Origin: Octopus bimaculoides
Taxonomy: Eukaryota
Assembly: GCF_001194135.2 (NCBI RefSeq)
Contig: NC_068982.1
Span: forward strand, 166,903,619 to 166,945,423
Length of the DNA: 41,805 bases
Direction of reading: 5' to 3'
Shown piece by piece: positions 38,036 to 41,805 of this stretch (positions within the stretch are counted from its first letter, which is position 1; the number at the start of each line of letters is the position of its first letter). The notes under the pieces are model-generated. The model did no database searches, was not told the origin of the DNA, and was given only the letters and a program-made list of their open reading frames with translations. Made by a program: the position numbers and the translations under genes.

Positions 38036-39268
38036 TAAGAGTACCTGTGTCCGAATTTAAAGAACACTTAAATGACAGATTATTGATTAAAACTGCAATA
38101 ATATTCTACACACACCATAATTGTGCACCCAAGAGGACGTGGATTGCTTCTCGCCTTATCCGACATCTGAGAATCTCACATGCACTTTCATGAGGTTCAA
38201 ATTGAAATACCTGAAGCAGAAGATACTTCAGCCTGGTCGTCGAGGTTGTGTGAAGAGTCTAGATGGTGGTTTCTCATCCCTGTGTGAATAACATGCCCTC
38301 ATTTGTATGCATTTACTATTAAGCCTTTAGTCAGTTACAATACTTTTCCTGGCATTTACCGCTCCTTAATAGTATTAATTTTTAACGTTGGCGCAAAGCC
38401 ATACATTTTTAAAATTTTCATTTGAGGATTGAGGTATGATCAATTGAACCGACTCGAAAAACCGACAGGTACTCTATTTTCTCGATTCCGGAAGGATGGA
38501 AGGCGAAGTTCAGGACCCACCGAGGTGCTTTTTGCCTTTCGTTCTTGTGGAGTGGAGTAAAAAAATAAATAAAAGTGCTGAGGTCGATTAAATTACTTCC
38601 ACCATCATCATAGTCATTAACATTGTCATTAACATTGTCATCATCACTACAACCGCTACCATCATCAGCATAATCAACATCAACAACAATAACATCAAAA
38701 ACAACATCATCAGTAACAACGATTATTTCCTAGTTTCTTTCAGCAATTTCTCACGCAAAGAATTTTAAGTTATTTTTCCACGGCGCGAGAAACAAGAAAC
38801 TAAATATATTTACTAATCACGTATATGTGGCAGATTTCTACGACCATGCAACGTCCTAACCGCGTTTGTCACACACTTTGGAAATAAAGAAGGCAGAAGG
38901 TTTTATATTTCTACACCCAAAAACTCAAAAACTACTCCAAAAACACATAGCTTTCGATTTTACTTTCTCTCTCTCTCTCCCTCTCTCTCTCTCTCCCTCT
39001 CTCTCTCTCTCACGCCACTTCCCCTTCTCACTATTTCTCATTCTCCACCCATTCTCTCTCTCCCCCCTCTCTCTCTCTTTCTTTCTTTCTCTCTTACTCG
39101 CTCGCTCTCTCGTGTTTTTGAAGGGGAGGGATATATGCAAACGTGATATTTTTACTCGCTATATAGCAAGGTCGAAAGGAAATCCCTTTACCAAAAGATA
39201 ATTAGGGGTTAAACAGTGATTCCATTTCAGACTCTGCACAACTAAACCTAAAGATGGGAAAGCCTTTC

Positions 39269-39339
<71 letters not shown>

Positions 39340-39701
39340 TATTTTATTTTATCTATATATTTTTTTATATTCCCGAGTTCACCCGTTAAGTTCATTTTGT
39401 CATAATAAACCACAACAATTTTCCGTATCAAACATAACTATTTGGTATTAGACCTATACCATGTAGTATGGTATAAAGATTAATTTGTTCACTTCTCAAT
39501 AGCTGAGTGGGTATGGTTATTAAAATGCCAGCGCTTTAATCTTGAATTCAAACCAGTTCAAATCAAGCGTTTCAATGTGTTTAATAGCATATTTAGTTAC
39601 AAATGTTAGACGAAACGGTCTTCAGATACTGACGAAAGAATAAATTGCGTTTTAATACTCGATGTGTATCATGGCGAAATGAATACCTAGAGAAAACTCA
39701 C

Positions 39702-39755
39702 ATAAGATGATATATTATTGCCAGGAACGTTGCATACGAGATTCCAAAATCGATG
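39702..39755 (-). CDS. Candidate 54-nt symmetric exon on the minus strand
   Basis: Acceptor ttgttatttaattttcAG, donor TAT|GTGAGT; phase-0 reading HRFWNLVCNVPGNNISSY. Confidence 0.3.
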
Positions 39756-39945
39756 CTGAAAATTAAATAACAAACCAATGAACCATGACCCCCAGATCCG
39801 TTTTCTGATACTAAATGAAAATGTCACTCACAGTTACAATCATAAATGGTCGGATAGTGGTGGTAACGGGGTTTTATTATTTTATATTTTTATACCCTTC
39901 ATATTTCATATTTCATTGTCAGAGAATTCAATCTGTCTTTCATAG

Positions 39946-40131
39946 ACTCAAATTACCCAAATGTTTCACTCATAGCTTCACTGCAGCAATTCACACACAG
40001 AACGAGGTTTACGATTCTGAGGGGGAAACCACTCCACTTACAAACTGGATGGTTTTCGCTTAGCACTACAACTAATGCCACATTATCATGGGAAACGTGT
40101 AGAATCCTCCTTGCATCGCACGACCTGGCCT
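39946..40131 (+). CDS. Candidate 186-nt symmetric exon (phase 1-1), possibly extracellular
   Basis: Acceptor tctgtctttcatAG, donor CCT|GTAAGT, open frame SNYPNVSLIASLQQFTHRTRFTILRGKPLHLQTGWFSLSTTTNATLSWETCRILLASHDLA with sequons NVS and NAT. Confidence 0.4.
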
Positions 40132-40384
40132 GTAAGTTCTCTCGCATCCCATACACTGTATATCGCATAGCCTACGATTTCTTTCGCATCCCAAACTACA
40201 GTTGATCCTTTTCATCCTTTTCCAAAAGCATCCAGCGGAATCCTCCACTCCTCCGTTTTTCACTCATGCTGGTTTTTTTATGCGGTACTCGTACAGAGAA
40301 AAACCTTCATATTTGCTGCTGATTTTTTCATATCCAACTCCATACTACTCGGGATATATTTTATCTTTTATCGTTTATTTGTAA

Positions 40385-40602
40385 GTCATTAGATTGCGGC
40401 CATGCTGGGACACCACCTTGAATTTATAGTCGCATGTATCGACCCCAGTAGTACTTTTTTTAGCCTGGTACTTATTTTATCGAATCCTTTTGCCAAACCG
40501 CTATGTTACGGAGACATAAACACACCAACACCAGTTGTCACGCGGTGGAGAGGGACAAACACAGACACATACATACATACATACATACATACGTGTGCGT
40601 GC

Positions 40603-40665
<63 letters not shown>

Positions 40666-40987
40666 TTTGTAGCGTTGTTAGCTAACTCCTCCTACATCGT
40701 TTTATTGATTTTGATGAAACTTGACACGTGAGTAGAATTCCTGTCTGGAAACCTCGTGACATACTTAGATTGTTGAAAAAGTCGATAATACGGCCCCTGG
40801 AAGGGACCTTTATATCTACCTCATATAACTATTTTTAAACACCCAAGGGAAATAACCCATAGCATTTGTACAATATTATTCAGTTTCCGTCTACCAAATC
40901 CACTCACAAGGCTTTGGTCGGCCCGAGGCTAAAGTAGAAGACACTTCCCATAAGGTGCCACGCAGTAGACTGAACACAGAGCCATGT
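40385..40987 (-). mobile_element. Head C SINE split in two (40385-40590 and 40879-40987) by an insertion
   Basis: Both halves homologous to 34305..34704, in the correct order and orientation. Confidence 0.75.
40592..40875 (+). mobile_element. Possible Helitron/Helentron-type non-autonomous (HINE-like) insertion
   Basis: (GT)n followed by TAACTCCTCC..TTGATTTTGATGAAACTTG, resembling the microsatellite + CCGATTTTGATGAAA layout of such elements; termini not resolved. Confidence 0.35.
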
Positions 40988-41493
40988 CAGAGTAAATATT
41001 CTCCAAAACTATCCCTCTCCAATTCTCCGGGCTCTGTAACAGCAGTACAAACACACTAAGTGTATGTACTTCTGTACGCGTGTATATCTGTAGGAGTGTA
41101 TATATATACGTGCGTATATATGTATCTAGCAATGTGTTTTTACCCGTAGTATTGTGTGTATATATGTGTGCGGGAGACACAATTTTGAATACATTTGTGT
41201 ATTTATAATTATAGACTATATATGTACATATGCACAATTACTGGTATGCATGTATTTATTTACATGTGTATGCACACACATACATACACACACACACGCA
41301 CTGTTAACAAAAGTCGGTATGCGTGGTGTTCAGTTATTCGATAAATGAAGAATGCATCAAATACTACAAAACGTATACGTAGGACGCATGTAAATATGTG
41401 TGTGTGTGTGTGTATGTGTGTGCGTAGGTGTATGAATGTATGTATGTAAATATATGTGTACATGTATGTATATATATATGCATGTATGTATGA

Positions 41494-41528
<35 letters not shown>

Positions 41529-41565
41529 GATATATAGATATATATATATACGTATGTTTGTATGC

Positions 41566-41805
41566 ATCTATCTATCTGTCTGTCTATCTATCTATCAATC
41601 TATGATTGATCGCCAGCCACTAAACCTTTTTTTTTTTCTCTCTCTATTTATTTCTGTGTTCCTTTCTCTTGAAGAGCGTAGACTCGAAACGTAAAAGACT
41701 TTCTCACTTCCTGAGCGTTAAACTAATACATCTGTTTGTTGTTGTTTACACACCCGTCTTCATCTTTTGTTTCGTTTGTTTTTTGTAAATTTCAACAATA
41801 TATAT
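41566..41805 (+). mobile_element. Interspersed repeat resembling a Penelope-like terminal repeat
   Basis: TTGAAGAGCGTAGACTCGAAACGT motif within a T-rich repeat after (TCTA)n. Confidence 0.4.

Noticed and set aside
40072-40263. Cys-rich minus ORF (NCSLGCERNRRLCDIQCMGC) as an EGF-like exon
   Set aside because: Cysteine spacing does not fit well, stops flank it, and usable splice sites are lacking.

Overview
Eukaryotic, AT-rich, gap-containing scaffold with very dense microsatellites and tRNA-derived SINEs. It is most consistent with an octopus/cephalopod genome; this is inferred from the repeat families, not proven. Most of the window is intronic or intergenic. One coding exon is well supported (27576..28237, +): the C-terminal half of an SRCR domain, a Thr-rich mucin-like stalk and a Glu/Lys-rich tract. 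Several weaker candidate exons lie on both strands. The rest is a layered transposon record: about 20 SINE copies built from interchangeable head and tail modules (two with clean TSDs), two hAT MITEs with 8-bp TSDs (one with its empty site visible in a local duplicate), a Tigger-like MITE, a mariner transposase fragment, a HERO-like RLE retrotransposon fragment, probable Penelope-like remnants, and a MITE with a 6-bp TSD and a central telomere-repeat hairpin. Two unassigned decayed reading frames lie at 30.9-32.3 kb. Almost all ORFs in the supplied track are microsatellite or N-gap artefacts. No rRNA, bona fide tRNA gene or CRISPR array is seen, and I cannot demonstrate a new biological system. 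The best leads are the unassigned decayed-ORF island, the telomere-hairpin MITE, SINE module shuffling and the atypical SRCR gene. Repeat boundaries without TSDs are approximate.
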